DNA of 64,000 nucleotides from a candidate division WWE3 bacterium (GTDB taxonomy: Bacteria; Patescibacteriota; WWE3; UBA101185; UBA10185): contig JACPGI010000003.1 in the NCBI GenBank assembly GCA_016182565.1, positions 5,280-69,279 on the forward strand, given 5' to 3'. Position numbers and translations under genes: made by a program. The notes under the pieces are model-generated. The model did no database searches, was not told the origin of the DNA, and saw only the letters and a program-made list of their open reading frames with translations. The first letter of the stretch is position 1. Every line of letters starts with the position of its first letter. Shown piece by piece: positions 1 through 9,412 of the stretch.

Positions 1-335
1 CCTTTTTCAAGAAGTTTTTCTAGCCCATATTCCATATCTTTGTCTTCTACATATTTTGTAGGGTAGGGGATTTGTTCTTTTACAATATCTTCTTTTACGT
101 CAAATGCAGTTTCGGTTGTCACCTTGATATCGGAAATTCCAAGCACTTCACCCCCAGACCTTCTTGCGTTTACTTTGTCTATATTCTCCCCATAGTTATT
201 TAATTCATAGCTTAGATTATTTTTACTGTCTGATGCATAGGTTTTGTGTTTTATAATTCCACTTACATCAAATACACCTGAAATCTTAAAAAGACCTAAA
301 AGAAGTATTAAAAGTGAAAAGTAATGTTTGTGCAT
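1..335 (-). CDS. Partial (start only) hypothetical secreted protein, N-terminal signal peptide; continues past window edge
   Basis: The minus-strand ATG at 335 gives MHKHYFSLLILLLGLFKISGVF..., and the frame stays open to position 1. It is absent from the ORF track because it is incomplete. Confidence 0.4.
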   Translation of the reverse strand, partial: MHKHYFSLLILLLGLFKISGVFDVSGIIKHKTYASDSKNNLSYELNNYGENIDKVNARRSGGEVLGISDIKVTTETAFDVKEDIVKEQIPYPTKYVEDKDMEYGLEKLLEK

Positions 336-373
336 ATATCCTAAAAATAAATAAAAGCAGTTTAAAAGTTAAT

Positions 374-2440
374 TTAATCCCAATGAAAATTATTGCGATT
401 ATATTCTAGATCATCCATAAAGCTGTCTGCATTTTTCTGTTTGTTATTATACCCACCACCGTTTCCATAACCACCATTATTTCCAAAGTTACTTCCACTT
501 TTATTTTTACCCATTCTGCCAAACCCCCGACCCCTTTCAAGAAGGTCGCCTTTTTTCTCTATAAAATCTTCAGGAATTTCGCTTAAAAATCTACTTGGTA
601 TATTTGACTGGACATTTCCAAAGTACGTTCTTGATAACGCATTTGTTAAATATACTTTTTCCATAGCTCTTGTAATTGCCACATAGCAAAGCCTTCTTTC
701 TTCCTCCAATTCCGAAATTTCCATAGAGGATTGTGAATGTGGGAAAAGCCCCTCTTCCATACCTATTATAAAAACTGCCGGAAATTCAAGTCCTTTACTT
801 GCATGCACTGTCATTAAAGTAACTACATCTTTTTCTTCCATGTTTGGTTTATCTGAGCTTTCAATCAAAGCAACATTTTCCAAAAATTCAGCAAGATCAG
901 TAAACTGCACAGCAACCGACCCTAGCTCTTTGATATTTTCAATTCTTATTTTATCTTCTTCAGTTCCGGTATCAAGCCACTCAATATATTTTGTATCAGC
1001 CAAGATCTTATCCATTATTTCAAGAGTTCCATGGGTTGCAGTCATTTCCACCCACTTTCTTATAGGAAGTTTTGTTTTTTCTTCAATGTGGTTTAAGTCC
1101 CAATTTGTTGCTTTTACCTCCTCTAGAGTTTTTTTGCCAATTCCCCTTGGGGGAATATTTATAATTCTTTCCCAAGACACCGAGTCATTTTGGTTATGCA
1201 CAATTCTTAAGAACGCTACTATATCTTTGACTTCTTTTCTTGCATAAAATCTTAAGCCCCCTATGATACGATAGGGAATATTGTTTTTGATCAAATGTTC
1301 TTCCATGTTTCGGGACTGCGCATTTGTTCTATATAAAACTGCTAGATCCCTATAAGTTTTTCCAGTGGAAAGTATTACAACCATTTGTTCGGTTACAAAA
1401 GCAGCTTCTGAGTGTTCGTTTGACCCCGTGTATAAGGTAAGTTTTTCGCCATCTCCATTTTTTGTCCAAAGATCAAGCGGTATGTGGGTGGAGTTGTTTT
1501 TTATGACATGTTTTGCGCTATCTAATATGTTTTGAGTCGATCTATAGTTTTGCTCTAGATTGTAAATTTTTGCATTTGGGTAATCCCTTTGAAAATTTAA
1601 AATATTTCTATAATCAGCCCCCCTAAATGAATAAATTGCTTGTGACATATCACCTACCACAAAAATATTTTGATGCCCCTCTGCCAGAAGTTTTGTAAGA
1701 ACATATTGTGATTTATTAGTGTCCTGATATTCATCCACCAAAATATATTGAAAAAGACTCTGAAAGTGCTTTAAGGTCTTGTTATCCTTTTCAAATAAAC
1801 TTACCGTTTCCATCAAAAGATCATCAAAGTCTAAAGCGTTGTTTATTCTTAGCCTTCTTTGATATTCAGGATAAATTTTTGCAACTGTTCGTTGGAAGTA
1901 GCCCTGTGCATATTTTAGATACTCATTTCGTGTAAGAAGTTCTGACTTTGCACTTGAGATTGTACTAAGCGTTGCTTTTGGATTGATTTGTTTTGTATCA
2001 ATCCCAAAGTCTTTCATGATGTTTTTGATTAAAGATTGCTGATCATCAGAATCATAAATAACAAAGGAAGGTTGGATACCTATTTTGTAACCATGTTTAC
2101 GTAAAATTTTTGAGCAGATTGAATGAAATGTACCAGACCAGGCAAGCATTTTTGTACCGCTATCACTTAAAAGTTTTTGAACTCTAGTTTTTATTTCACC
2201 TGCGGCCTTGTTTGTAAAAGTAACACATAAAATATTTGTCTCTGGGACGTCATGCATCTTGATAAGATAAGCAACACGATTTGTAAGAACTCTTGTCTTA
2301 CCACTTCCTGGCCCTGCTACTACAAGAGCCGGTCCGTCTAGATGTTTTATAGCTTCTATCTGTTGTGGATTAAGGCCATCTTCGAGTTTGTTAACATCAT
2401 TTTGTTTTTGATTTGTTTTTTCTTCGGTATTATTTTGCAC
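374..2440 (-). CDS. pcrA: UvrD/PcrA-type ATP-dependent DNA helicase with a Gly/Asn-rich C-terminal tail
   Basis: Walker A AGPGSGKT, FTNKAAGE and the DEYQDTN Walker B box, in a 688-aa superfamily 1A helicase layout. The C-terminus GRGFGRMGKNKSGSNFGNNGGYGNGGGY is low complexity. Confidence 0.9.
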   Translation of the reverse strand: MQNNTEEKTNQKQNDVNKLEDGLNPQQIEAIKHLDGPALVVAGPGSGKTRVLTNRVAYLIKMHDVPETNILCVTFTNKAAGEIKTRVQKLLSDSGTKMLAWSGTFHSICSKILRKHGYKIGIQPSFVIYDSDDQQSLIKNIMKDFGIDTKQINPKATLSTISSAKSELLTRNEYLKYAQGYFQRTVAKIYPEYQRRLRINNALDFDDLLMETVSLFEKDNKTLKHFQSLFQYILVDEYQDTNKSQYVLTKLLAEGHQNIFVVGDMSQAIYSFRGADYRNILNFQRDYPNAKIYNLEQNYRSTQNILDSAKHVIKNNSTHIPLDLWTKNGDGEKLTLYTGSNEHSEAAFVTEQMVVILSTGKTYRDLAVLYRTNAQSRNMEEHLIKNNIPYRIIGGLRFYARKEVKDIVAFLRIVHNQNDSVSWERIINIPPRGIGKKTLEEVKATNWDLNHIEEKTKLPIRKWVEMTATHGTLEIMDKILADTKYIEWLDTGTEEDKIRIENIKELGSVAVQFTDLAEFLENVALIESSDKPNMEEKDVVTLMTVHASKGLEFPAVFIIGMEEGLFPHSQSSMEISELEEERRLCYVAITRAMEKVYLTNALSRTYFGNVQSNIPSRFLSEIPEDFIEKKGDLLERGRGFGRMGKNKSGSNFGNNGGYGNGGGYNNKQKNADSFMDDLEYNRNNFHWD

Positions 2441-2476
2441 TTTTCTTATGATAGCATACGATAATTGACTTATAGT

Positions 2477-3451
2477 CTACCAAAGGTTGTGCACAACATT
2501 TACTCCAAGTGTATTAAACCCATGATCAAGCATTAAAATCATATCTCCCTTACGATCCCCACTTCCAAGTACAGCTCCTACTAGTTCTTTTCCATCATTT
2601 GATGCGTAAGTTACAAGGCAAAGTCCTGCAACTTCCGTGTACCCAGTTTTAACTCCGGCAACCCCAGGGTAACTGCTCAGTAAATTAGTTTGATTTTCCA
2701 GATAAATATACTTATGGTCATTTGTATCTGAGATTTCGTACTGCAAAGTAGCAACAATTTTTCTGAAGGTCGGATTTTTTAAGGCATATCTTGTTAATTT
2801 TGTAAGATCTGCAACCGAACTCATGTTCCCATCATCGAGTCCACTTGGATCAGTAAACACAGAATCGGTAAGCCCTAGCTCTTTTGCTTTTATATTCATC
2901 CAGTCTACAAATCTAGATTTATCCCCAGCGACCCCTATTGCGATAGCATATGCAGCATCGTTTCCGGAGTTTAATATCAAGCCATACATAAGTTCTTCCA
3001 GTGAGTAAATCTCACCGTAATCAAGATTCATACTATTCTCGCCAACCTCATCTGCTTCCTGACTAACGTATATCTTTTCTCCAAGTTTTTTGTGTTCCAA
3101 GGCTACAACGGCCGTCATTATTTTGGTAAGACTGGCAATCGGCAGCTTCTCGTTTGGATTCTTTGAAAATACTATATTTCCCGAGTTTATATCGATAAGA
3201 AACCCAGCAGTGCCTGAAATAAAAGGTTCATTTGCGGTACCAATCTCTTCTTGTGGTTGCCAATTTGGCTCAGGATCATAAGTATCAACAATCGTTTGGT
3301 CATATAACTTCTTGGAATCTATTTGCTGCTCTTTTACAAGCCCGGTTATAAAAAATTTTGTTGTAGTATCGCTGGTTTTGAAAACAAGAACAGCTAGAAG
3401 AATTAAAATTATTGTGAGTCCGATGTTTAATAGTATTTTATTTCTATTCAT
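2477..3451 (-). CDS. D-alanyl-D-alanine carboxypeptidase (serine peptidase S11, PBP5-like), N-terminal membrane anchor
   Basis: SxxK (SLTKIMTA), SGN (NSGND) and KTG (KTGYT) motifs, plus an N-terminal TM segment. Confidence 0.8.
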   Translation of the reverse strand: MNRNKILLNIGLTIILILLAVLVFKTSDTTTKFFITGLVKEQQIDSKKLYDQTIVDTYDPEPNWQPQEEIGTANEPFISGTAGFLIDINSGNIVFSKNPNEKLPIASLTKIMTAVVALEHKKLGEKIYVSQEADEVGENSMNLDYGEIYSLEELMYGLILNSGNDAAYAIAIGVAGDKSRFVDWMNIKAKELGLTDSVFTDPSGLDDGNMSSVADLTKLTRYALKNPTFRKIVATLQYEISDTNDHKYIYLENQTNLLSSYPGVAGVKTGYTEVAGLCLVTYASNDGKELVGAVLGSGDRKGDMILMLDHGFNTLGVNVVHNLW

Positions 3452-3520
3452 AACGCGGATTAGTGTATGTTATCATAGTTGCATTACGCTTTTGTAATTA
3501 ATTATAGAACGGAAAACTTT

Positions 3521-3787
3521 ATGTACGAATTATTAGACTTTTATGCAGATTGGTGTGGTCCATGTCAGATTATGAAACCAATTTTTGCAGAAGTTGAACC
3601 CGCATTTGAAGGAAAAATTTCTTTCAAGACAGTTGATGTTGAAGCTGATCCTGATAAAGCTGTGAAATTTGGTGTTATGGGTATCCCTACTTTTGTTGTA
3701 TTAAAAGACGGCAAAGAAGTTGATCGCAAAACCGGTGCCATGCCAAAAGAATCCTTGGTAACTTGGCTTAAAACACATGTAAATTAA
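3521..3787 (+). CDS. trxA: Thioredoxin
   Basis: WCGPC active site. The start was reassigned to the ATG at 3521 (MYELLDFYADWCGPC); the track ORF begins upstream at 3479. Confidence 0.9.
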   Translation: MYELLDFYADWCGPCQIMKPIFAEVEPAFEGKISFKTVDVEADPDKAVKFGVMGIPTFVVLKDGKEVDRKTGAMPKESLVTWLKTHVN

Positions 3788-3821
3788 GTAGTTTAGTTTT
3801 GGTTTGTTTGAAAGGAAAAAA

Positions 3822-4910
3822 ATGTCTGCCCGCATTGCAATTAACGGTTTCGGAAGAATAGGTCGAGCCGCCTTTCGTATAATTTTGGAAAAAAATTTGG
3901 CTGATGTTGTTGTGATTAATGATCTTACAAACGCCAGAATTCTCGCTCATTTATTAAAATATGATACGGCATACGGCATTTATCCAGCTCAAATTTCTGT
4001 TGAAGAAGATGGGGTGGTTGTAGAGACGGAGGGTAATTCAAAGATGGAAGAGCATTTTGTAGAAGTTACTCCGAAAGAGTCCTACCTTGTTGTAAATGGG
4101 AAAAAAACTAAAGTAATTTCTGAAAAAGATCCAGCAAATCTTCCATGGAAAGATATGGGTATAGATGTGGTTTTAGAATGCACAGGTAGATTTACAAAAG
4201 ATGGCTCTGCAAAAGCACATATCACAGCAGGAGCAAAAAAAGTTGTGGTTTCTGCACCAACTTCAGGAGATAACGACGATGTAATGACTTTTTTGAAGGG
4301 TGTTAACCACGAAAGTTATTTAGGTCAAAATGTTATATCAAATGCTTCGTGTACTACAAACTGTATAGCGCCCGTTGCATCCGTAATACATGCCAATTTT
4401 AAAATCTTAAAGTCTTTGATGACGACAGTGCATAGTATTACCGCCGAACAAAGCATAGTAGATGGACCTCCTCCCGGGCTTCATCCGGACTTAAGAAGAG
4501 CAAGAGCTGCAGGACACAACATAATCCCAACTACCACAGGTGCTGCAAAAGCTATTGGTAAAGTAATTCCGGAATTAAATGGAAAATTTGATGGGATTGC
4601 TTTGAGAGTGCCTACATTAGTTGGCTCTCTGTCAGATATTACATTTGTGGTAGAGAAACAAACTACGGTTGAAGAGGTTAATAAAGCATTTATCAAAGCA
4701 AAAGAAAACCCATTTTATAAAGGAGTACTAGATACTACATGGGAGCCTTTAGTATCAAGCGATATTGTGGGAAGTCCATTTTCTACGATTGTGGATCTTT
4801 CCATGACAAAAGTTGTAGGGGGAGACCTTGTAAAAGTTTTAGCTTGGTATGATAACGAGTGGGGTTATGCTAATAGACTTGTTGAAATGGCACTTCTCGC
4901 GGTTTCGTAG
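3822..4910 (+). CDS. gap: Glyceraldehyde-3-phosphate dehydrogenase
   Basis: NGFGRIGR NAD-binding motif and the SNASCTTNC catalytic Cys region. The AAAGGAAAAAA RBS favours the ATG at 3822 over the track start at 3804. Confidence 0.9.
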   Translation: MSARIAINGFGRIGRAAFRIILEKNLADVVVINDLTNARILAHLLKYDTAYGIYPAQISVEEDGVVVETEGNSKMEEHFVEVTPKESYLVVNGKKTKVISEKDPANLPWKDMGIDVVLECTGRFTKDGSAKAHITAGAKKVVVSAPTSGDNDDVMTFLKGVNHESYLGQNVISNASCTTNCIAPVASVIHANFKILKSLMTTVHSITAEQSIVDGPPPGLHPDLRRARAAGHNIIPTTTGAAKAIGKVIPELNGKFDGIALRVPTLVGSLSDITFVVEKQTTVEEVNKAFIKAKENPFYKGVLDTTWEPLVSSDIVGSPFSTIVDLSMTKVVGGDLVKVLAWYDNEWGYANRLVEMALLAVS

Positions 4911-4996
4911 GTTTGTTATCTGTTGTAATTTCTCAGACAAAATTCAAAATTTAAATATTACTGGGTAGATTAGAAGATTAAACTTCTGTAAATGCT

Positions 4997-5044
4997 AAAA
5001 CAGCCAGAGGATAAGCAAGTGCTTTTTCCATCTGGCTGTTTTTA
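4997..5044. terminator. Bidirectional intrinsic terminator hairpin between gap (+) and a small minus-strand gene
   Basis: Stem AAAACAGCCAGA/TCTGGCTGTTTT with an internal loop, followed by TTTTTAGG on the plus strand. Confidence 0.5.
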
Positions 5045-5051
5045 GGTTAAG

Positions 5052-5294
5052 TTACGGTTGCCCCCATTTGTGACATGTGTCTTCAATTCCCCTCATCGAA
5101 GTTATTGAAAAGACACAAGGGTGCCCCTCCACCTCATAGAAAAGATGGAACATCGGGCTCCCGTCCATGCTTTCACTGAGGGAGTATGAACCGCCATCTT
5201 CCATTCCGTAATACAGGAAAACGGGGCCTGCACAGCATGCAATACACGCAACTATGCATAAAAGCGTGAAAAGCAAGTTCAAAAATTTTTTCAT
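5052..5294 (-). CDS. Hypothetical small Cys-rich membrane protein (80 aa) in a GC-rich insert
   Basis: N-terminal TM MKKFLNLLFTLLCIVACIACC. Local GC is clearly above the flanking genes. Confidence 0.4.
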   Translation of the reverse strand: MKKFLNLLFTLLCIVACIACCAGPVFLYYGMEDGGSYSLSESMDGSPMFHLFYEVEGHPCVFSITSMRGIEDTCHKWGQP

Positions 5295-5501
5295 GGCTGA
5301 TGAGCCTCCTACGTGCTATTATACCGCCAAACCCCCATTCTGGCAATGACTATAGGTTGCCGAATTGTCCGAATTATGCACCATAAAGGACTTTCTGCCC
5401 AAGGCAATCCTTGATTTTGCCATTGGTATTTACCTCGTTAATACTTTAAATTCACCTCTAACCCATCCCAAACCAACCTCAAAACCTGTTATCATTACCT
5501 T

Positions 5502-6476
5502 GTGGAGTCACTCAAATCTGCCCCAATTCAAAAAGGAACTCGTGTTTTTGTTCGATGTGATCTTGATGTCCCTGTGTCAGAGGGTAAAGTTAATGAGGTA
5601 TTTAGGCTTTCAAACCTTATACCAACCCTAAAACTAATAATACAAAAAGGAGGACGCCCTATAATTGTAGGACACATGGGAAGGCCCGAAGGAATTTTTA
5701 GAGAGGCCTTATCGACAATGCAGCTTAGACCATTTTTTGATTCTACCCTTGGCGAAAGTAATTATGAACTTCTTCAAAATTTAAGATTTGATTCCCGTGA
5801 AGAAAAAAATGACATAGAGTTTGCCAAAGAACTTATCGAAAAAACAAAATGCACTTTATACGTAAACGAATCTTTTGCAAATTCTCATAGAAAACACACC
5901 TCAATGATCGAACTACCTAAACTTCTTCCTCATTTTGCTGGACTTCGTTTGTGTGAAGAGCTAAGTATTTTAAGTAAGGTGCTAAAAAATCCCAAAAGAC
6001 CACTTATTGCAGTTATTGGTGGGGTAAAATTAGATTCAAAAAAACCTGCAATAAAAAAGTTTCTTGAAATTGCGGATGGTGTTTTAGTTGGTGGTAGGAT
6101 TGGTTTAGACTGGGACGAATTAATACCACCAAACCTTTTTCTGCCAGTTGACTATGCAGAAGGCAACAAAGACCTCGGCGAAAAAACTCTCGCCCACTTC
6201 TCAAAAATACTTCAAAGTGCAAGGACCATAGTTTGGGCAGGCCCAATGGGACTTTTTGAAGATCAAAACTACAGACATGGTACAAAAGTAATTGCTCAAA
6301 ATGTAGCACTAAGCTCTTCTTTTACTATTGTAGGCGGGGGTGATACTATCGCAGCACTGAAAAAAGTTGGTTACTTGGAAAAAATGGATTTTGTTTCTAC
6401 AGGTGGTGGAGCAATGCTTGAATTTTTAATACAAGGCAATCTCCCAGCTTTAGAAGCACTTGGTTATCATGGGTAA
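5502..6476 (+). CDS. pgk: Phosphoglycerate kinase (compact, 324 aa)
   Basis: RVFVRCDLDVPV N-terminal motif, VWAGPMGLFE and STGGGAMLEFL C-domain motifs. Shorter than the typical ~390 aa. Confidence 0.85.
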   Translation: MESLKSAPIQKGTRVFVRCDLDVPVSEGKVNEVFRLSNLIPTLKLIIQKGGRPIIVGHMGRPEGIFREALSTMQLRPFFDSTLGESNYELLQNLRFDSREEKNDIEFAKELIEKTKCTLYVNESFANSHRKHTSMIELPKLLPHFAGLRLCEELSILSKVLKNPKRPLIAVIGGVKLDSKKPAIKKFLEIADGVLVGGRIGLDWDELIPPNLFLPVDYAEGNKDLGEKTLAHFSKILQSARTIVWAGPMGLFEDQNYRHGTKVIAQNVALSSSFTIVGGGDTIAALKKVGYLEKMDFVSTGGGAMLEFLIQGNLPALEALGYHG

Positions 6477-6741
6477 AATTTTAAAAGCAACATTTAAAAA
6501 AAACTGTATAGGTTGTGAGCTTTGTGTATTTGAAGTTCAGCGGCAGCTTGGAAAAATCGGACTTGAAGGGTCTCCCATCAGGGTATTTCGTGAAAAGGGT
6601 GAGAAAGAAAAAATTGTTTATACAATAGGTATTGACCCATCTGTAAACAAACTTGATGTCGAAAAAATAGAGGGCGTTTGTCCCACAATGGTTTTTACTA
6701 TTGAGGATGAATCAAAGGAAGCAAATGACTACATTGAATAA
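6469..6741 (+). CDS. Small single-cluster [4Fe-4S] ferredoxin
   Basis: CIGCELC...CP pattern (CxxCxxC...CP). The ATG at 6469 overlaps the pgk stop by 8 nt (ATGGGTAA). Confidence 0.6.
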   Translation: MGKILKATFKKNCIGCELCVFEVQRQLGKIGLEGSPIRVFREKGEKEKIVYTIGIDPSVNKLDVEKIEGVCPTMVFTIEDESKEANDYIE

Positions 6742-7591
6742 AAAAATCTTATACATCAATCTTGCAAACCAAACTTATGAAACAAAGCTGCATGACAATT
6801 ACGGTAAGTATATTGGAGGTGTGGGTTTGGGGGCTAAGATTCTAAACACAATAGAAAAGTCTGAAGAGGCCTCAGTAAGTTCGGAACCCATCATATTTTC
6901 CATCGGGCCATTAAACGGCTATTTTCCATATGCATCTAAAACCTCCGTCTTGTTTCGCCACCACAATGAGCTAAAAGATCACTATTTAGGTGGTAATCTT
7001 TCTACAAGAATCAAATTCTCTTCTCTAGATGCGATTGTAATTTATGGGCGCTCCAAAGAACCAGTGACTTTTGATATTTTAGACGAAACAGTCATCTTTC
7101 ATACAGGCGGTGTAGATTTAGGCTCTCTTGGTCTTCCGGGAAAAAGATCTCAAATTTCAAAAAAAGGTGAAAAATATTTATTAGGTGACTATTTTGCGAC
7201 AGTAGATGATTCTTTAAGTCAACTTCTTACTAACAAAAACCTACAAGGTTTTGTAATTACCGGAACTCATACTTATGATCTTCCAAAATCCGAAAGATAT
7301 CTTGAACTTTATAATATGATGCTTTCACGCATCGAGGAAATTTCAGTTCGAAAAAGTGGTAGCCCATCATGTTCAGGATGTCCTGTAGGATGTTTTGAGT
7401 CAAGTAAAGGTGAAGAGGGTGGTAATCTTTTGGCGCATAGCCTAGTTGCATGCACATTTGCTCAAAAGATTTACGGTGATACAAGTATAGTTTTTTCTTG
7501 TCTTGATGTTTTAGGAAGTGGTTACACTCATGAAGATATAGAAAACTTTCCTAAGCTTGTATATGATTTGCTAGAAGAATTAAAAAAATAA
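6725..7591 (+). CDS. Truncated aldehyde:ferredoxin oxidoreductase (AOR)-family protein: N-terminal AFOR domain plus the CxxCxxxC cluster motif, lacking the pterin-binding C-terminal domain
   Basis: YIGGVGLGAKIL, IGPLNG and IKFSSLDAIVIYGRSKEPV align with the Pyrococcus AOR N-domain, and CSGCPVGC matches the AOR Fe-S ligand motif. AAAGGAAG RBS before the ATG at 6725. 288 aa against ~600 for a full AOR. Confidence 0.6.
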   Translation: MTTLNKKILYINLANQTYETKLHDNYGKYIGGVGLGAKILNTIEKSEEASVSSEPIIFSIGPLNGYFPYASKTSVLFRHHNELKDHYLGGNLSTRIKFSSLDAIVIYGRSKEPVTFDILDETVIFHTGGVDLGSLGLPGKRSQISKKGEKYLLGDYFATVDDSLSQLLTNKNLQGFVITGTHTYDLPKSERYLELYNMMLSRIEEISVRKSGSPSCSGCPVGCFESSKGEEGGNLLAHSLVACTFAQKIYGDTSIVFSCLDVLGSGYTHEDIENFPKLVYDLLEELKK

Positions 7592-7595
7592 ATTT

Positions 7596-8276
7596 ATGAA
7601 TAAATTAGTAGTTGGCAATTGGAAGCAAAATAAAACATTAAGTGAGGTAAAGGTGTGGATTAACGAGTTTAAAAAACTACTCAATGATAACCCAGAAATT
7701 ACAGGTCCCCTAGCAAAAGTGGATATGGTAGTTGCGCCGTCATTTCCTTTTTTGCACCATTTCCAAGGCTTGCGTACAAATGTAAGTAACTTTTATTTAG
7801 CTTCCCAAGATGTTTCTGTTTTTGAATCGGGGCGTCATACAGGCGACGTTGGTGCCAATCAGTTAAAAGATTATGTTGAATATTCTTTAATAGGTCACAG
7901 TGAAAGAAAGGAAGACAGAGCTTTAGTACTACAAAAAGGTACAAGACTTTTTGAGGCTTGTATCACCCCCATTATGTGCTTTAGTGAATTTGACCCAAAG
8001 ATGTACGTGGAGGGGACAGTTTTAGTTTGGGAAGACCCGGACAATATTTCAAATGATAGTGGTTATAGAGAGAAAGATATGAATGATATTGTGGAAGGCA
8101 TGAAAAAAATTAAGTCTCAGTTACCAAAAAGTGCTCGTGTTTTATATGGTGGGTCAGTTAATAGACAAAACGCTGCAAAATTAAGTACTATTAGTGAGCT
8201 GGATGGGGTTTTACCAGGTAATGCGAGTCTTGACCCAGCCCATTTTTTTGAGATAGTTAAAGCCTTCAACAAATGA
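7596..8276 (+). CDS. tpiA: Triosephosphate isomerase
   Basis: VVGNWKQNKT and GHSERK catalytic motifs. Confidence 0.9.
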   Translation: MNKLVVGNWKQNKTLSEVKVWINEFKKLLNDNPEITGPLAKVDMVVAPSFPFLHHFQGLRTNVSNFYLASQDVSVFESGRHTGDVGANQLKDYVEYSLIGHSERKEDRALVLQKGTRLFEACITPIMCFSEFDPKMYVEGTVLVWEDPDNISNDSGYREKDMNDIVEGMKKIKSQLPKSARVLYGGSVNRQNAAKLSTISELDGVLPGNASLDPAHFFEIVKAFNK

Positions 8277-9412
8277 GTTATGTAGATTTAGGTAAAACTG
8301 TTGAGCAACATCAGCAGAGAAAAGAAATTGCCAAAAAAAGGGAAATTAACTCTTCTAAAAAAGGTATTTTTGTAGCCTTGTTTTTGCTCGCACTTCTAAT
8401 TGGATTTATAACTTTGTTTGGTAAAAATGTTGTGGCATTATTTGATCCTGTATCTATTGTGGGTGATGTATCAGCTCCAAAAATAAAAGAGGTTGATGGC
8501 AGAACCAATGTTTTGATAATCGGTGTTGATAGAAGATCAACTGGTCCTGAGACCTCAGTACTTACCGACACTCTACTTTTTGCCTCAATTGGAAGAACTG
8601 ACGGGAAAGTTTCAATGATTTCACTACCACGAGATCTTTGGGTTGAAGCCGATTCTGGAAAAGGTCCCCATTTTATGAAAATAAATTCGGTGTATGCAAT
8701 AGATGGGTTGACTGAGCTTAAAAAAGTTACCGAAAATGTTTTAGGAATGCCTGTTCACTACTATATTGTGGTAGATTTTAATTTATTTAGAAAAGTTATA
8801 GATATACTAGGTGGTATTGATGTAAATGTTGAAAATGCCTTTATAGACTATGAGTATCCAAAAGAAGGACACGAAGCTGACTATTGCGGAAGATCCAATG
8901 AGGATGTAGTTAGGCTTGATGGCCAGCCATTGTATGTAATATTTCCTTGTAGATACGATAAAGTTGAGTTCAAGGCCGGCATGCAAACAATGAACGGTGA
9001 TTCGGCTTTAAAATTTGCTAGATCGCGCCATGGTAATAATAATGAAGGTACCGACTTTGCACGTGCTCATCGTCAGCAAAAAGTTATTATGGCAGTGAAA
9101 GATAAAGCATTTTCTCTTAACACAATTATGGATATAAGTAAGATAAAAGAACTATATGATTCCTACGCAAAAAGCGTGGAAACTAATGTTTCACTTGATG
9201 ATATTCAGGGATTTCTTGCATTGTCCCGAAAAACAGATATAAGCACAGTACGCTCAATTGTTCTTGATGATAGAAGTGGTGCTGATGCGGGGGGACTCTT
9301 ATATCATCCAAGTGATAGCAGCCTGTATGGTGGGGCGTATGTCCTTATTCCAAAAGCGAATGATTACGCTCAAATAAGAGCTTACGTGCAAAGATATATT
9401 TTTGGTGAATAA
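8273..9412 (+). CDS. LytR-CpsA-Psr (LCP) family cell-wall polymer transferase
   Basis: N-terminal TM, LIIGVDRR and an LCP-domain layout. Confidence 0.8.
   Translation: MSYVDLGKTVEQHQQRKEIAKKREINSSKKGIFVALFLLALLIGFITLFGKNVVALFDPVSIVGDVSAPKIKEVDGRTNVLIIGVDRRSTGPETSVLTDTLLFASIGRTDGKVSMISLPRDLWVEADSGKGPHFMKINSVYAIDGLTELKKVTENVLGMPVHYYIVVDFNLFRKVIDILGGIDVNVENAFIDYEYPKEGHEADYCGRSNEDVVRLDGQPLYVIFPCRYDKVEFKAGMQTMNGDSALKFARSRHGNNNEGTDFARAHRQQKVIMAVKDKAFSLNTIMDISKIKELYDSYAKSVETNVSLDDIQGFLALSRKTDISTVRSIVLDDRSGADAGGLLYHPSDSSLYGGAYVLIPKANDYAQIRAYVQRYIFGE

Noticed and set aside
840-1247. Plus-strand ORF inside the helicase gene; similar antisense ORFs occur inside dacA, dnaK, pnp, ftsK, alaS and others
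   Set aside because: They are shadow ORFs on the opposite strand of strongly supported conserved genes.
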